From positions 47,631 through 111,630 of the forward strand of contig WRLP01000001.1 of NCBI GenBank assembly GCA_009777535.1: a stretch of 64,000 nucleotides of DNA, given 5' to 3'. The stretch comes from Treponema sp. GTDB lineage: Bacteria > Spirochaetota > Spirochaetia > Treponematales > Breznakiellaceae. The notes under the pieces were generated by a model. That model saw only the letters and a list, made by a program, of their open reading frames with translations, had not been told where the DNA came from and did no database searches. Below are positions 17,966-28,300 of the stretch, piece after piece (within the stretch, counting starts at the first letter, position 1; each line of letters begins with the position of its first letter). Both the position numbers and the translations under genes were made by a program.

Positions 17966-18219
17966 ACTGTTTCCCTCTGCGCAAAGACAAAAGCCAATAT
18001 TTTGGCTGTCGCTTCCCAGCACCAAACCGGAATAATATCGCCAACATTAACCGACGAGTTAAGCAATGCCGCCAGCGCCGCGTCTTCAACGACTGTAACG
18101 CCTGCTTCCTCGGCCAGCAGAATTATCCGCTCGGCTGTCCTCCCCTGTCCGGAAGCCAGCAGGCGAGGAGCGGTGTCCTCCGCTGAATAACTGATGGCCG
18201 AAGCGATTTTCCTCTTCAT
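17962..18219 (-). CDS. FlhB C-terminal-domain-like protein (EscU/YscU/HrcU switch-domain family, YlqH-like)
   Basis: 85 aa (APRLLASGQGRTAERIILLAEEAGVTVVEDAALAALL...GDIIP). It has no TM domain and no NPTH autocleavage motif. Confidence 0.75.
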   Translation of the reverse strand: MKRKIASAISYSAEDTAPRLLASGQGRTAERIILLAEEAGVTVVEDAALAALLNSSVNVGDIIPVWCWEATAKILAFVFAQRETV

Positions 18220-18220
18220 G

Positions 18221-19264
18221 CTACACCTCTTCGTTGATGGAAGGCAATACCGTTTCCTCGGATACCGCATCAAATTGAAAGGATTCCCTGAATTTTTGCA
18301 TTGTGATATGTTCGGGGGTAATGCCTAAAAGCTGCGAAAGTTCGGCGGCGTACATTTTCAGGATTCTTTCGGGCTTTACCGGGTCAAGAAATACCCGCAA
18401 ACGGGGATTTTTACCGTTTCCCGAGTTTAACGCAAACAGCCAGCGCTGCTTTGGACTGCCTTTATCTGCTGCATTTTCGCCGCCGGAGCCGGTTTTGACA
18501 ATGTCCAGAAAAAATTGGCCGGCATTATAACCGCTCTGCTGTCCCGGGACTGCCGCTTCGTTAAGCAGAATTTTAAGGCACAGGCGGTACTCATCACCCT
18601 GTTCCTTAAAATTGAAGGGGAATACCAGCCAGCGTTGTCCATTCCTGCCCGGGAGCCGGTTCATTACCGCAAGCAGGGGATTTTTTTCCCCCGCTTGCAG
18701 CGCACGCTCCTTAACATCGGAAAACCCGCCGATCTCCGCTGCTTCTTCTTCCTGCTTTTCAGTCTCGTCTTGCCCCCGCTTTTTTTGATTTTGTCTTCGC
18801 CGCTCTTCGCCGCCTGGGGGTTCTGGTTCCATTGCCGCTGCATAATTTTCCAGCCCTTCCGGGGTAAGCTCCACTCCCTTGCTTGCAGCGGCAAGAGCGG
18901 CAAATGCCAGGCCCGGCAGCTGATGCCCCTTTGGGGACAGAGCTTCGCCTGCAGGAGCTTCTTTTGTGGTTTCAGCCTGTTCTGCCTGCCCGGCGGAAAT
19001 AATCTGACGGCGAATTTTAGACAAAAGCTGCTGATCAAGCGGAAGAAAAAAAAAGCGGGCAAATGTAAGGATAGAGGCCGAAAGCCTGTCTGCCGGCAGC
19101 CCAAGGGCGCCGAAAATCGCACCCTGATTAACTTTTATCTGGGGTGCATCGCCTTTTGATATTTTTACGGAGCTGGGGCTGCCGGTTTCTGCCTGGAGTT
19201 TTTGCGGCTGCCTGGGCTCCGGTTGAGTCCTGGTGGCAGGGACAGAAAGCCCCGGTACCTTCAC
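18221..19264 (-). CDS. Hypothetical protein, possibly FliK-like (hook-length-control C-terminal-like)
   Basis: 347 aa with a P/Q/E-rich middle region. Assignment rests mainly on position directly upstream of the FlhB-C-like gene; the sequence call is weak. Confidence 0.4.
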   Translation of the reverse strand: MKVPGLSVPATRTQPEPRQPQKLQAETGSPSSVKISKGDAPQIKVNQGAIFGALGLPADRLSASILTFARFFFLPLDQQLLSKIRRQIISAGQAEQAETTKEAPAGEALSPKGHQLPGLAFAALAAASKGVELTPEGLENYAAAMEPEPPGGEERRRQNQKKRGQDETEKQEEEAAEIGGFSDVKERALQAGEKNPLLAVMNRLPGRNGQRWLVFPFNFKEQGDEYRLCLKILLNEAAVPGQQSGYNAGQFFLDIVKTGSGGENAADKGSPKQRWLFALNSGNGKNPRLRVFLDPVKPERILKMYAAELSQLLGITPEHITMQKFRESFQFDAVSEETVLPSINEEV

Positions 19265-19266
19265 AT

Positions 19267-19680
19267 TTAACTCTGGGAGTTTTCTGTATTCTGATCTGCG
19301 GCAGCGGCCCGGCGGGTTTCCGCCTTGGAGCCCTTCTTGGTAACGAGCTCTCTGATCTTGGCGGCCTTGCCGATTTTTTCCCTGATGTAATAGAGTTTGG
19401 CACGGCGGACCCTTCCGGGGCGGACCAGTTCAACCTTTACGACCCTGGGAGAATGAAACGGAAACACACGCTCAACGCCCACGCCGTAAGAATTTTTCCG
19501 TACCGTGAAGCTCTTCCCTACACGGGAATTCTTCATCGCGATAACCAGGCCTTCATAAATCTGGACGCGCTCATTCTTGCCTTCAACTATTTTGAAGTGT
19601 ACCTTAACGGTATCACCAACCTTAAAATTGTCGGGTTCTGATTTCATCTGAGCAGCTTCTATGGCTCTAATCTCGTTCAT
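19267..19680 (-). CDS. rplS: 50S ribosomal protein L19
   Basis: [16 protein letters not shown]...[11 protein letters not shown]...SFTVRK...GVERVFP. Confidence 0.95.
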   Translation of the reverse strand: MNEIRAIEAAQMKSEPDNFKVGDTVKVHFKIVEGKNERVQIYEGLVIAMKNSRVGKSFTVRKNSYGVGVERVFPFHSPRVVKVELVRPGRVRRAKLYYIREKIGKAAKIRELVTKKGSKAETRRAAAADQNTENSQS

Positions 19681-20426
19681 TGTTTATCTCCTTCACGATC
19701 AGCCAAAATCTGACGATCAATTATGCTGTTTATTTCCCCATTAAAAAGCCCTTGCTCTTTACCAAAACTGATCAAGTCCGGCCTTAGCTTTAGGGTTTTT
19801 TCGACCCGCTTTTCGAGACGCCATTTGCGTATATGCTCATGGTGCCCTGACAGCAGCACTTCGGGGACTTTCAATGTATCATAAATTTCCGGTCGTGTAT
19901 ACTGGGGGTACTCCAAAAGTCCGCCGGAAAAACTTTCCTCCTCCAGGGACTCGCGGCAGATTACCTTGTCAATAAGCCTGTAGGTAGCGTCGATTATTAC
20001 CAGGGCGGCTGCTTCTCCGGAAGAAAGAACATAATCGCCCACAGAAACCTCATCGTCTATATATAGATCGATTATGCGCTGATCAATGCCCTCGTAGCGG
20101 CCGCAGAGCAGAATCAGCTCTTTTTCCCCGGCAAGCTCCCGCGCCATGGCCTGGTTAAAGGGCCTGCCCGACGGTGAAAGGCAGATACGGCGCCCGGCGC
20201 CGCCTGCAGCTTGCAGGGCGCGGCCAAGCGGCTCCGGCAGCATTAACATTCCCGGCCCGCCGCCATAAGGCGCGTCGTCGCAGGTTTTGTGTTTATCAAG
20301 AGCAAAGTCCCGGATATTGACAGCCTGGTACTCGATTATGCCACGCTGTATGGCCTTTGCCATTATCGAGCTTGCGAAAAAGGCGTCTGTAATTTCCGGA
20401 AATAGTGTTAGAACCGTATATTTCAT
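19677..20426 (-). CDS. trmD: tRNA (guanine37-N1)-methyltransferase
   Basis: [11 protein letters not shown]...[11 protein letters not shown]...[10 protein letters not shown]...SIGDYVLSGGE-like motifs. Confidence 0.95.
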   Translation of the reverse strand: MKYTVLTLFPEITDAFFASSIMAKAIQRGIIEYQAVNIRDFALDKHKTCDDAPYGGGPGMLMLPEPLGRALQAAGGAGRRICLSPSGRPFNQAMARELAGEKELILLCGRYEGIDQRIIDLYIDDEVSVGDYVLSSGEAAALVIIDATYRLIDKVICRESLEEESFSGGLLEYPQYTRPEIYDTLKVPEVLLSGHHEHIRKWRLEKRVEKTLKLRPDLISFGKEQGLFNGEINSIIDRQILADREGDKQ

Positions 20427-20932
20427 TCTAATATCCAGAGATTTTTTAGTGTTACGCTGCCTTCTTTGGGGTTAATTTCCGGAAAAAATTCCTTTCGGAA
20501 GGGGATCAGTTTTATCTCTCCGCTGTGCAGTCTAACTTCCACAAGGTCGCCCCCGCCGCCTTCCACAATGTCCTTAATGCTGCCGATGGCCTCTTTTTCC
20601 GCTTCCGCCAGAACCGGCAAACCCTTTAGATCTTCAATATAGAATTCCCCCGATTGCAGAGGAGCCGCTTCATCCCGTCCGGCGAGTAACTGCGCGCCGG
20701 TCATGGTTTTTGCCTTTTCGGGGGTTGTTATCCCGGTGAAACGCACCAAAACATGGGTTCCGGAAGCCTTACATTCTTCTATTTCGAGACGCTGTTCAGA
20801 TTCGCCCCGCCGGACGGTTATTGATTTCAGTTTTAACAGATGTTCGACTTCGCCGGAAAGCGGCCGTACCTTTACAAAACCATCGAGTCCAAAAGGAGGT
20901 CCAACCAAGGCGACGATGAACTTATCAGTCAA
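20423..20932 (-). CDS. rimM: 16S rRNA processing protein RimM
   Basis: 169 aa (GPPFGLDGFVKV...FYIEDLKG). It sits in the conserved position between the KH gene and trmD. Confidence 0.9.
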   Translation of the reverse strand: MTDKFIVALVGPPFGLDGFVKVRPLSGEVEHLLKLKSITVRRGESEQRLEIEECKASGTHVLVRFTGITTPEKAKTMTGAQLLAGRDEAAPLQSGEFYIEDLKGLPVLAEAEKEAIGSIKDIVEGGGGDLVEVRLHSGEIKLIPFRKEFFPEINPKEGSVTLKNLWILE

Positions 20933-21158
20933 GTATTTCCAGTACCGTGTGTTTGCCGGATCTGGCGGAAGCGGCCTGAAGCACCGTTCTTATTGCCTTG
21001 GCTATTCGGCCATGTTTGCCGATAACCTTGCCAATATCATCTTCCCCGACTCTTAGTTCCAGGATTGTCGATTTTTCGCCTTCGACTACGTTGACCTGCA
21101 CCCTGCCCGGGTCGTCTACAAGTGATTTCGCAATATATTCAATCAGATCCTTTTCCAT
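20925..21158 (-). CDS. KH-domain RNA-binding protein (YlqC/UPF0109)
   Basis: MEKDLIEYIAKSLVDDP...GKVIGKHGRIAKAIRTV. The shorter start is chosen by family length; the ORF-track start is 21191. Confidence 0.85.
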   Translation of the reverse strand: MEKDLIEYIAKSLVDDPGRVQVNVVEGEKSTILELRVGEDDIGKVIGKHGRIAKAIRTVLQAASARSGKHTVLEILD

Positions 21159-21216
21159 TTTAATACCTTTTCCCTTAAGGGCGTTAATCATGCGGTGATT
21201 TACACACCAATAACCG

Positions 21217-21468
21217 CTATTTTACCGTAATATTCTTTTTGTTGAAGATTCTGCGTACTGTGTCTGTAGTAGTCGCGCCTTTTGCCAGCCAAGCTTTTGC
21301 TTTTTCAGCATCAAAAACAATCTGCTTGTCTTCCTTTTCGATAGGGTGATAATATCCAAGTTCTTCAATGGTTTTTCCATCTCTGGGAACCTGCTTGTCC
21401 ATAACCACGATACGGTAATAAGGCCGTTTTTTTGTACCAAACTTCTTGAGCCGTATTCTGACGCTCAT
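21217..21468 (-). CDS. rpsP: 30S ribosomal protein S16
   Basis: MSVRIRLKKFGTKKRPYYRIVV... Confidence 0.95.
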   Translation of the reverse strand: MSVRIRLKKFGTKKRPYYRIVVMDKQVPRDGKTIEELGYYHPIEKEDKQIVFDAEKAKAWLAKGATTTDTVRRIFNKKNITVK

Positions 21469-21621
21469 TCTTAAGTCCTCCTGCTCTTTCCCGTTCCCCC
21501 GATATACCGGAGAACATTGGAATAGTCTGAATTATAGGCATTTGATGGATTTTAGTCTAGGCTTTTAACCGCTTTTTTGTAATTTAACGACGCTTCCCAT
21601 TCCCATGTATCCGTTTTTTCC

Positions 21622-21629
21622 TGTATAAT
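21622..21629 (+). promoter_or_regulatory. Candidate -10 element (TGTATAAT) for the AGCS symporter gene
   Basis: TATAAT at 21624-21629 is preceded by TG. An AAGGAG RBS lies at 21646-21651. The -35 is weak. Confidence 0.35.
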
Positions 21630-21657
21630 GCTTCGATGATTACCCAAGGAGTTCTGA

Positions 21658-23043
21658 ATGGATTATATTGAAGTCGCTCATAAGGTTAACACCCTGGTTA
21701 ACGATTTTGTATGGGGACCGTACATGCTGGTTTTTCTGGTTGGAACCGGCGTACATTTTACGATTTATACAGGGCTTTTTCAGGTAGTCAGGATCAAAAT
21801 TTGGTGGAAAGCCACATTTGGGCAGATTTTTAAGAAAATGTCCAAGGAAAAACTGGATGATGGCAATGTTACACCTTTCCAAGCGGCGACAATGGCCCTT
21901 GCGGCTACCATTGGTACCGGTAATATTGTCGGCGTAGCGACGGCAATTTATACCGGCGGCCCGGGTGCAGTGTTTTGGATGTGGGTTTCCGGTTTTTTTG
22001 GCATGATGTTAAAGTACGCCGAGATTGTTCTTGCGGTAAAATTCCGCGAAACCGATGAAAACGGTACGCATCACGGCGGGCCGATGTATTACATAGAAAA
22101 AGGCCTTAAGTTAAAGTGGCTGGCGGTTATTTTCGCGATTTTCGGCACGCTGGCCAGCTTTGGCATCGGTAACATGGCTCAGGCGAATACCATATCTTTG
22201 TCCCTTAATCAGACTTTTGGTATTCCTTTAATAGTTACAGGTATTGTCATTTCGGCCTTATGTCTTTTTGTTATAATTGGGGGCATTAAACGCCTGGTAT
22301 CTGTTGCGGAAAAGCTTGTCCCTTTTATGGCGGTATTCTACTTTATTGGTTCCATTATTGTTCTGGCAATGAATTCTACCAGGCTGCCAGGTGCGTTTAG
22401 TGTTATTTTTGAAAATGCATTCTCTCTAAGACCGGTGGCCGGCGGCGTTTCCGGCTATGTTATTATGCGGGCAATGCGTTTCGGTATCGCAAGGGGCGTG
22501 TTCTCCAATGAAGCCGGAATGGGTTCAGCGCCCATTGCCCATTCCGCATCGAGAGCCAAAGATCCTGTAGAGCAGGGGCTCTGGGGTGTTTTTGAAGTCT
22601 TTGTCGATACAATGATCATCTGCACCATGTCGGCTCTTGTTATTCTAACCAGCGGTTTATATCAGGGAGATTTAGCGGGTGTTCCGCTTGTTATAGCCTC
22701 TTTCTCGCAGAGCCTTGGATCCATCGGCGGTATTTTTGTTACTATTGCGCTTTTCTGTTTTGCCGGTTCCACAATCCTTGGCTGGTCGTATTACGGGCAG
22801 CAATGTCTGCGTTATCTGACAGGAGACAATAGGGCTGTCGATATCGGCTATAAGACTGTTTTTTCACTTCTGATTATTGTCGGTGCGGTTGGAGGCTTGA
22901 CATTTGTTTGGGACATTTCGGATACGTTAAACGGACTTATGGCTATCCCGAACCTTACTGCACTGCTGCTTCTGAACAAGATGGTTATCAGTCTGACGAA
23001 AGAGTATATTACGAAAAGAAGGTTAACGTCCAAGCGCCGTTAG
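21658..23043 (+). CDS. Alanine/glycine:cation symporter (AGCS family)
   Basis: 461 aa, polytopic (VTPFQAATMALAATIGTGNIVGVATAI, SNEAGMGSAPIAH). Confidence 0.9.
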   Translation: MDYIEVAHKVNTLVNDFVWGPYMLVFLVGTGVHFTIYTGLFQVVRIKIWWKATFGQIFKKMSKEKLDDGNVTPFQAATMALAATIGTGNIVGVATAIYTGGPGAVFWMWVSGFFGMMLKYAEIVLAVKFRETDENGTHHGGPMYYIEKGLKLKWLAVIFAIFGTLASFGIGNMAQANTISLSLNQTFGIPLIVTGIVISALCLFVIIGGIKRLVSVAEKLVPFMAVFYFIGSIIVLAMNSTRLPGAFSVIFENAFSLRPVAGGVSGYVIMRAMRFGIARGVFSNEAGMGSAPIAHSASRAKDPVEQGLWGVFEVFVDTMIICTMSALVILTSGLYQGDLAGVPLVIASFSQSLGSIGGIFVTIALFCFAGSTILGWSYYGQQCLRYLTGDNRAVDIGYKTVFSLLIIVGAVGGLTFVWDISDTLNGLMAIPNLTALLLLNKMVISLTKEYITKRRLTSKRR

Positions 23044-23840
23044 GACCGGGCATTTTTTTCTTCTACTTCTTTTTTTCGTTTTCTGAAGAAAAACCGGGGC
23101 AGGTAAATCAACAAGCCGGAAGCGGCATATACCGAAAATACTATAAAAAAAATGTTTTGCGGATATACCAGTATCAGCAAAATTAAAACAATTAATACTG
23201 CGAAAAGCTGTATTGTCTTTACCCTGGTTAGTTTTAGCCGCTTGAAAGATATATACGGAATATTGGATACCATAAGAAATGAAAGGGCGACAATGACAAT
23301 CGGCATTACGGTAAAGAATGTTGGTATTAAGGTCATCAGCACAGGAATGGTTTTGAAGTTCAGGGCATATTCTTCCGGGCCCAATAGCTCGTAACTTAAA
23401 ACAAAAGAAATTATCACTCCCGCAGAAGCCGGGGTGGGAAGCCCGATAAAATGTTTTTGAACTTCGCCGCTTTGGGCGAGTACGTTAAAGCGGGCAAGAC
23501 GCAGGGCGCTGCAAAGAACAAAAAGCACAGCGATGGCAATCCCGATTCTGCCCATGCTGTTCAGTACCAGCATATACATCATTACCGAGGGGGCCACTCC
23601 GAATGAGACAAGATCGCTTAGCGAGTCCAGTTGCATGCCGAACTCGCTGGAGGTTTTCGTCATTCGGGCGATTCTGCCGTCGAGAATGTCGCAGGCAAGG
23701 GCGCCAATCAGGAACCATGCCGCCCGTATGAACTGACCTTCGCCTGAGGCAAAAATTGAAAGAATGCCGAAGGTCATGTTTCCACAGGTAAAAAGGGAAG
23801 GTATGACAAATATCCCTTTTTTAATTGCTGGCATCTTCAT
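23040..23840 (-). CDS. pssA: CDP-diacylglycerol--serine O-phosphatidyltransferase
   Basis: CDP-alcohol phosphatidyltransferase motif DILDGRIARMTKTSSEFGMQLDSLSDLVS. Confidence 0.9.
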   Translation of the reverse strand: MKMPAIKKGIFVIPSLFTCGNMTFGILSIFASGEGQFIRAAWFLIGALACDILDGRIARMTKTSSEFGMQLDSLSDLVSFGVAPSVMMYMLVLNSMGRIGIAIAVLFVLCSALRLARFNVLAQSGEVQKHFIGLPTPASAGVIISFVLSYELLGPEEYALNFKTIPVLMTLIPTFFTVMPIVIVALSFLMVSNIPYISFKRLKLTRVKTIQLFAVLIVLILLILVYPQNIFFIVFSVYAASGLLIYLPRFFFRKRKKEVEEKNARS

Positions 23841-24475
23841 TTTGTTCCCATCACTGTAATACCGGCCCTTACCTTATCGCCCGGCTTAACCTTAATCTCC
23901 ACACCGGACGGCATATACAGATTCACCTGGGAACTGAATTTTATCATCCCGATTTTATCCCCGGCATTCAGGGTGTCTCCGGCTTTTACCCATGACACAC
24001 AACGCCTGGCCAGAAAACCCGCAATCTGCCGGACTGTATATATGCCGTCCGCGCCCTGTATGGTTATAATGTTCTGCTCGTTTAGGGAATGCGCCCGCGG
24101 ATCCCATGCCATTAAAAATTTTCCGTCCTGGTGCTTTACGCTGGTTACAGTTCCTTCGATCGGCGAGCGCTGCAAATGGACATTGAAAACAGACAAAAAA
24201 ACCCTGATGATTTTTTCATCTCCTTCTTCCAGTTCCATTACCGTACCATTGCATGGAGACAGAATAATATTATCTCCCTGCGTTATTTCTATTTTTGGAT
24301 CCCGGAAAAAAAACATGCAGAACAATGCGAATACTACAAGAATAATTCCAATGCAGGTAAAGGTGATGCCGGCCGGCGAAGTTCCCATGCCTTTAATCCG
24401 AAAAAAAACGATCATTGCCAGGCCGGCAAATAACGGGGGAATAATAAAAGGATAACCTTCTTTCAGAACAGGCAT
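23837..24475 (-). CDS. psd: Phosphatidylserine decarboxylase (short form)
   Basis: 212 aa. It has an N-terminal TM segment and PSD-family core, and its stop overlaps the pssA start. Confidence 0.85.
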   Translation of the reverse strand: MPVLKEGYPFIIPPLFAGLAMIVFFRIKGMGTSPAGITFTCIGIILVVFALFCMFFFRDPKIEITQGDNIILSPCNGTVMELEEGDEKIIRVFLSVFNVHLQRSPIEGTVTSVKHQDGKFLMAWDPRAHSLNEQNIITIQGADGIYTVRQIAGFLARRCVSWVKAGDTLNAGDKIGMIKFSSQVNLYMPSGVEIKVKPGDKVRAGITVMGTK

Positions 24476-24520
24476 ACTAGCTATAAATTAAGTATATAGT
24501 GAGAAAACCGGCGTTTCAAT

Positions 24521-25267
24521 CTAAGGAATTACTATTTCTGAAACCGTATTTCCATCTGTGGAATAAACACGTCTTGGATTGTGCGGGTCTACATAGCGCT
24601 GACCCCGGTGGAAAAATGCATACTGGTATCTTCCCGGCGGCAGCGGAAGGTTTAAGGTATAAACCCCGGCAGGGGATTCCCTTAGTTCATACATAAAGGG
24701 ATCCCAGCCATTAAAACTGCCCGCTACAGTAACGGTTTCCCCCGGCGGCCCCCTGAACGAAAAGCTGAGGGTTCCGCTCTGCCCGCCGAGAATGTCCGGC
24801 GTTGGGGTTCTGGGCGGAACGGCAAGCACCGACCAGAGGAGCCCGGAAACCGGATCTTTTCGGGTAATTGGATTGGCGGGATCGGTTGTCCACAGGCCGT
24901 TGATGACCAGCCGGTATTCGAGTTCCCTAATGTTTTGGGGTATCTGATGCACATAAAACAAAATACCCGAATCTTTATACGGATCGGGGACTTTTCTGCC
25001 GTGCGGAATTGGCGCGCCAAGAGGGTCTTGCGGTACCATTAATTGCCTGAACCAGTAAACTTTGGAAAAATCTTCATGGGCGAATGCGACGCCGGCCCTC
25101 CTCAGGCCGGAAGAAGCGGTAAAAATCACGGAATCTTCAAAAACAACAGGCGCGCCGGGCCCGGGAAGGGTTAAAAGACGGTCGATAAGCTGATACGATT
25201 CCCAATCGGCCGCTGCGGAGAAAACGGCAGTTACGGTAAAGAATACGAGTACTTTAATCGTTTTCAT
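24521..25267 (-). CDS. Secreted protein with a glycogen-binding (CBM48/E-set, AMPK-beta-like) domain
   Basis: It has a signal peptide. VTVAGSFNGWDP...GVYTLNLPLPPGRYQYAFF is typical of CBM48/E-set. Confidence 0.7.
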   Translation of the reverse strand: MKTIKVLVFFTVTAVFSAAADWESYQLIDRLLTLPGPGAPVVFEDSVIFTASSGLRRAGVAFAHEDFSKVYWFRQLMVPQDPLGAPIPHGRKVPDPYKDSGILFYVHQIPQNIRELEYRLVINGLWTTDPANPITRKDPVSGLLWSVLAVPPRTPTPDILGGQSGTLSFSFRGPPGETVTVAGSFNGWDPFMYELRESPAGVYTLNLPLPPGRYQYAFFHRGQRYVDPHNPRRVYSTDGNTVSEIVIP

Positions 25268-25308
25268 ACATTCTTTACAATTATCGGCCGATATTCAATT
25301 ATCTTAAT

Positions 25309-28300
25309 ATGCCCTCTTTAAGTGCACTTGGCGAATTCAGAGACTCTTTTGGCAATATAGGCGGTGAGAGAGCCGCTCTTATGACTAAAAAACTGCCCGT
25401 TGATGATCTTGACCTTCCCGAAAACGAAGCCCCTCCCTTTGTTCCCCTTTCTTACGATAATTCTGCGGCCGAGGATGCCCTGTTTTCCAATGAGACCTTT
25501 CTGAGCAAGTTTGAAAATGTTCTTTTTGAACCTCAGCCGGAAGAACCAGGGATTCAGGTTGATGATGGTGACAATTTAGATTTTAGCGCCTTTCTGGATA
25601 CGATACCGGAAGATATATCCCCGCCGCCCGTCGACGATGTTGATTCTGATTTTGATATACCGACCGACGATCCTTCGGATATTGAAGCCTTTTCTCCGGA
25701 TACTGATGTTGAAGTTGAAAGCGAACAATTTGACGCCCAGGACATTGAAGAACCGGAAGATGCACTGGACCTTGGCGGTGAAAATATTGACGGCAGTTTT
25801 ACTTCGGACAGCGTCAGCTTTGAAGGTCTTGATACAGCGGAAGAAGACAGCCTTGACGGTTCCCAAACGGACATTGAAAGTGAAAACCTGGATCTTGATC
25901 TTGGGGATTTTAATCTTGATGCTAAGAGCGCTGAAAGCGGACTTGATTTTGACAGCATGGATCCGGGCAGCGAGCTCCCGGACACCAGTGATGAGAGTTT
26001 TGCTGCCGAAACAGAGAGCGTCTTTGACGGCATGGACCTGGGCAGCGATCTCCCGGATATTAGTGATGAGAACCTGGATTTGGGCGGCGAGAGTTCCGGG
26101 GATTTTGATATTATGGGCGACATTCCACAAACCGAATCCCCCGAAGAAACCATGGAAATCGCCGCCGGGGATGCGGGTGAACCGCCGGAACCGGATTCTG
26201 ACTCCCTTGATTTAGGTGGAGAAGAAGCCTTTCAATCAGGGGATTCTTTTGATTCATTCGACCTTGGCGGAGAGACCGGAGGGGGAGAAGCCATCGACCT
26301 GGAATCCGAATCGCCTTCAACAGAGGGTGATGATTTCGGCGGAACGGACTTTACACTTCCCGGGATTGACGATCTCTTTAAAAAACCCCCAAAGGGCGAA
26401 GAAACAATACCTGCGGCAATAACATGGGACGGGGAAACAAAAACCGATGATGTCGAGGAAATCCGGCTAAGCGAAGATGAACTGAACAGCCTGCAGAAAA
26501 CGCTTTCCGGATATCCCCTGAACCTGCGAATTGCCTGTCAGGAATTAATCGCCGAGCATGTGCTTGCCCCCGATCAACTGTCAAAACTTATCCGGCTTCT
26601 TGTTGGAGGCGCTCCCGCGAAAGAAGCGGCTGCCATGGCAGGAAGTATTCTGGGAAAGACAATTGTCATTCCAAGAGGTTTCGAGAAGAGTACCGGCGAG
26701 GCTCTGGAAGCCGAACAGGCCAGTTTCGCATATATCTTTGTGCATAACTTTCTTCCTGTTTTAAGGCTTTTTGCGATTATTGCTGTATCCGCCGCGTGCG
26801 TCTTTTATCTTGGATACAAATTTGTTTATAACCCGCTCAGGGCCGAAGCGATATACAAGCGCGGATACGAGAGAATTTTTGCAGGTGAATACCAGCGGGC
26901 AGACGATCTTTTTGGCGATGCTTTCAGAATTTACCGCAACAAAAAGTGGTTTTATCGATATGCGGAAGGTTTCAGGGATGAACGGCGTTATATGCTTGCG
27001 GAAAATAAATACGATGAACTTTTGCGGTATTATCCCAGGAATAAAAAAGGCGTGCTGGACTATGCTGATTTGGAAACAAACTATCTGCTGAATTATGCCA
27101 AGGCTGAAAGGCTCCTTCAGCAGGAGCTTCTGGACTATGCCCCCAATGATGCCGAAGGGCTGCTTGCGTTAGGCGACAATTATCTTGCCTGGGCAGATTC
27201 GAATCCTTCGAGATTCGGGGATAAATACGAAGATGCGCGCTATGCCTACTCCCGCCTCTTGGACAGATATGGGTGGAAAGCGCCGGTAGTTGAGCGGATG
27301 ATGATATATTTTATCCGTACCGACAATCTTAAGGAAGTTCTCCACACAAAAGCCTGGTTCGATGAAAACAAAAAGCGGCTGCTTTCCGCTGTTACTCTTG
27401 CTGAACTTGGCGGCTATTTTCTTGACAAGCAGCTTCAGGAAGTCCGCGGCGTGCCGGATGAGTATATCGAAAGCATCGAAGGCGTCAGGGCGCTGTTGCT
27501 GCAGGCTGTCAGGGAAGAGCCGTCTTTGCCGGAGCCTCATTATCATCTTGCCCGCTACTATGGAAATCTTGACAATACATACGAAGAGCGCCTAACGCTC
27601 GAAAACGCAATTCGTGCGTTTGATGCCGCAAGGGAAGAATCTGTGCGCCGGCGCGTTTACAGGATAGACACCCACAGGCGGTATGCCGATTTGCTTATTA
27701 ACAACAGGGAATTTTTCCCGGCGGAAGAGCAGCTTGTAAGGGGCATCAATCTGTATGAAGAATTCCTTTCGCGGAATCTGGTTGCCGCCTCGCCGGAATA
27801 CGGCAGGCTTTATGCCGGCCTTGGAGATCTGGAGTATTTTGTAAAAAGCGGCAATATGGAAATGGCCCTGAATTATTATCACCGTTCAGAGCAGAATGGA
27901 TGGGCGCCGCCGGAGATACAATACAGGATGGGAGCGGCTTATTATCAACTGGAAGACTGGAGGAATGCCCTTGAATATCTTTTTATGGCTTCCGCTGAAT
28001 TGCCGCTAAACCGCCGTATGCTTTTTGCCCTTGGGAATGCAGCCCTCAAGCGCGGGGATTATTTCGCCGCCCAGGGCTATTACAACCGTCTTTTGGATAT
28101 ACTGGAAAATCAGCGCACCCGCCTGCCGGTGCTGCTGCCCAACGACCGCCCGGAATTCCTGGAACTGGGCGAGCGCATTATGATGGCTCGTAACAATGCC
28201 GGCGTAGCGTACGAGGCCCTGGCCAGACAAACCGGCAATCGTAATTACCGCTCCCGCGCCCTTGCCCTGTACGCTGAGTCGGCCCGTGCATGGGACTCAA

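Noticed and set aside
21469-21657. A glycine riboswitch upstream of the AGCS (alanine/glycine) symporter
   Set aside because: The likely -10 element is only ~25-30 nt from the start codon. I could not find the conserved glycine-riboswitch core sequences in the spacer.
25554-26422. Long ORFs on other frames or strands (25554-26153, 25576-26130, 25637-26215, 26111-26320) within the acidic region
   Set aside because: They are artefacts of the GA/TC-rich low-complexity coding repeat of the TPR protein. Their products are Ser/Lys/Arg-rich nonsense.
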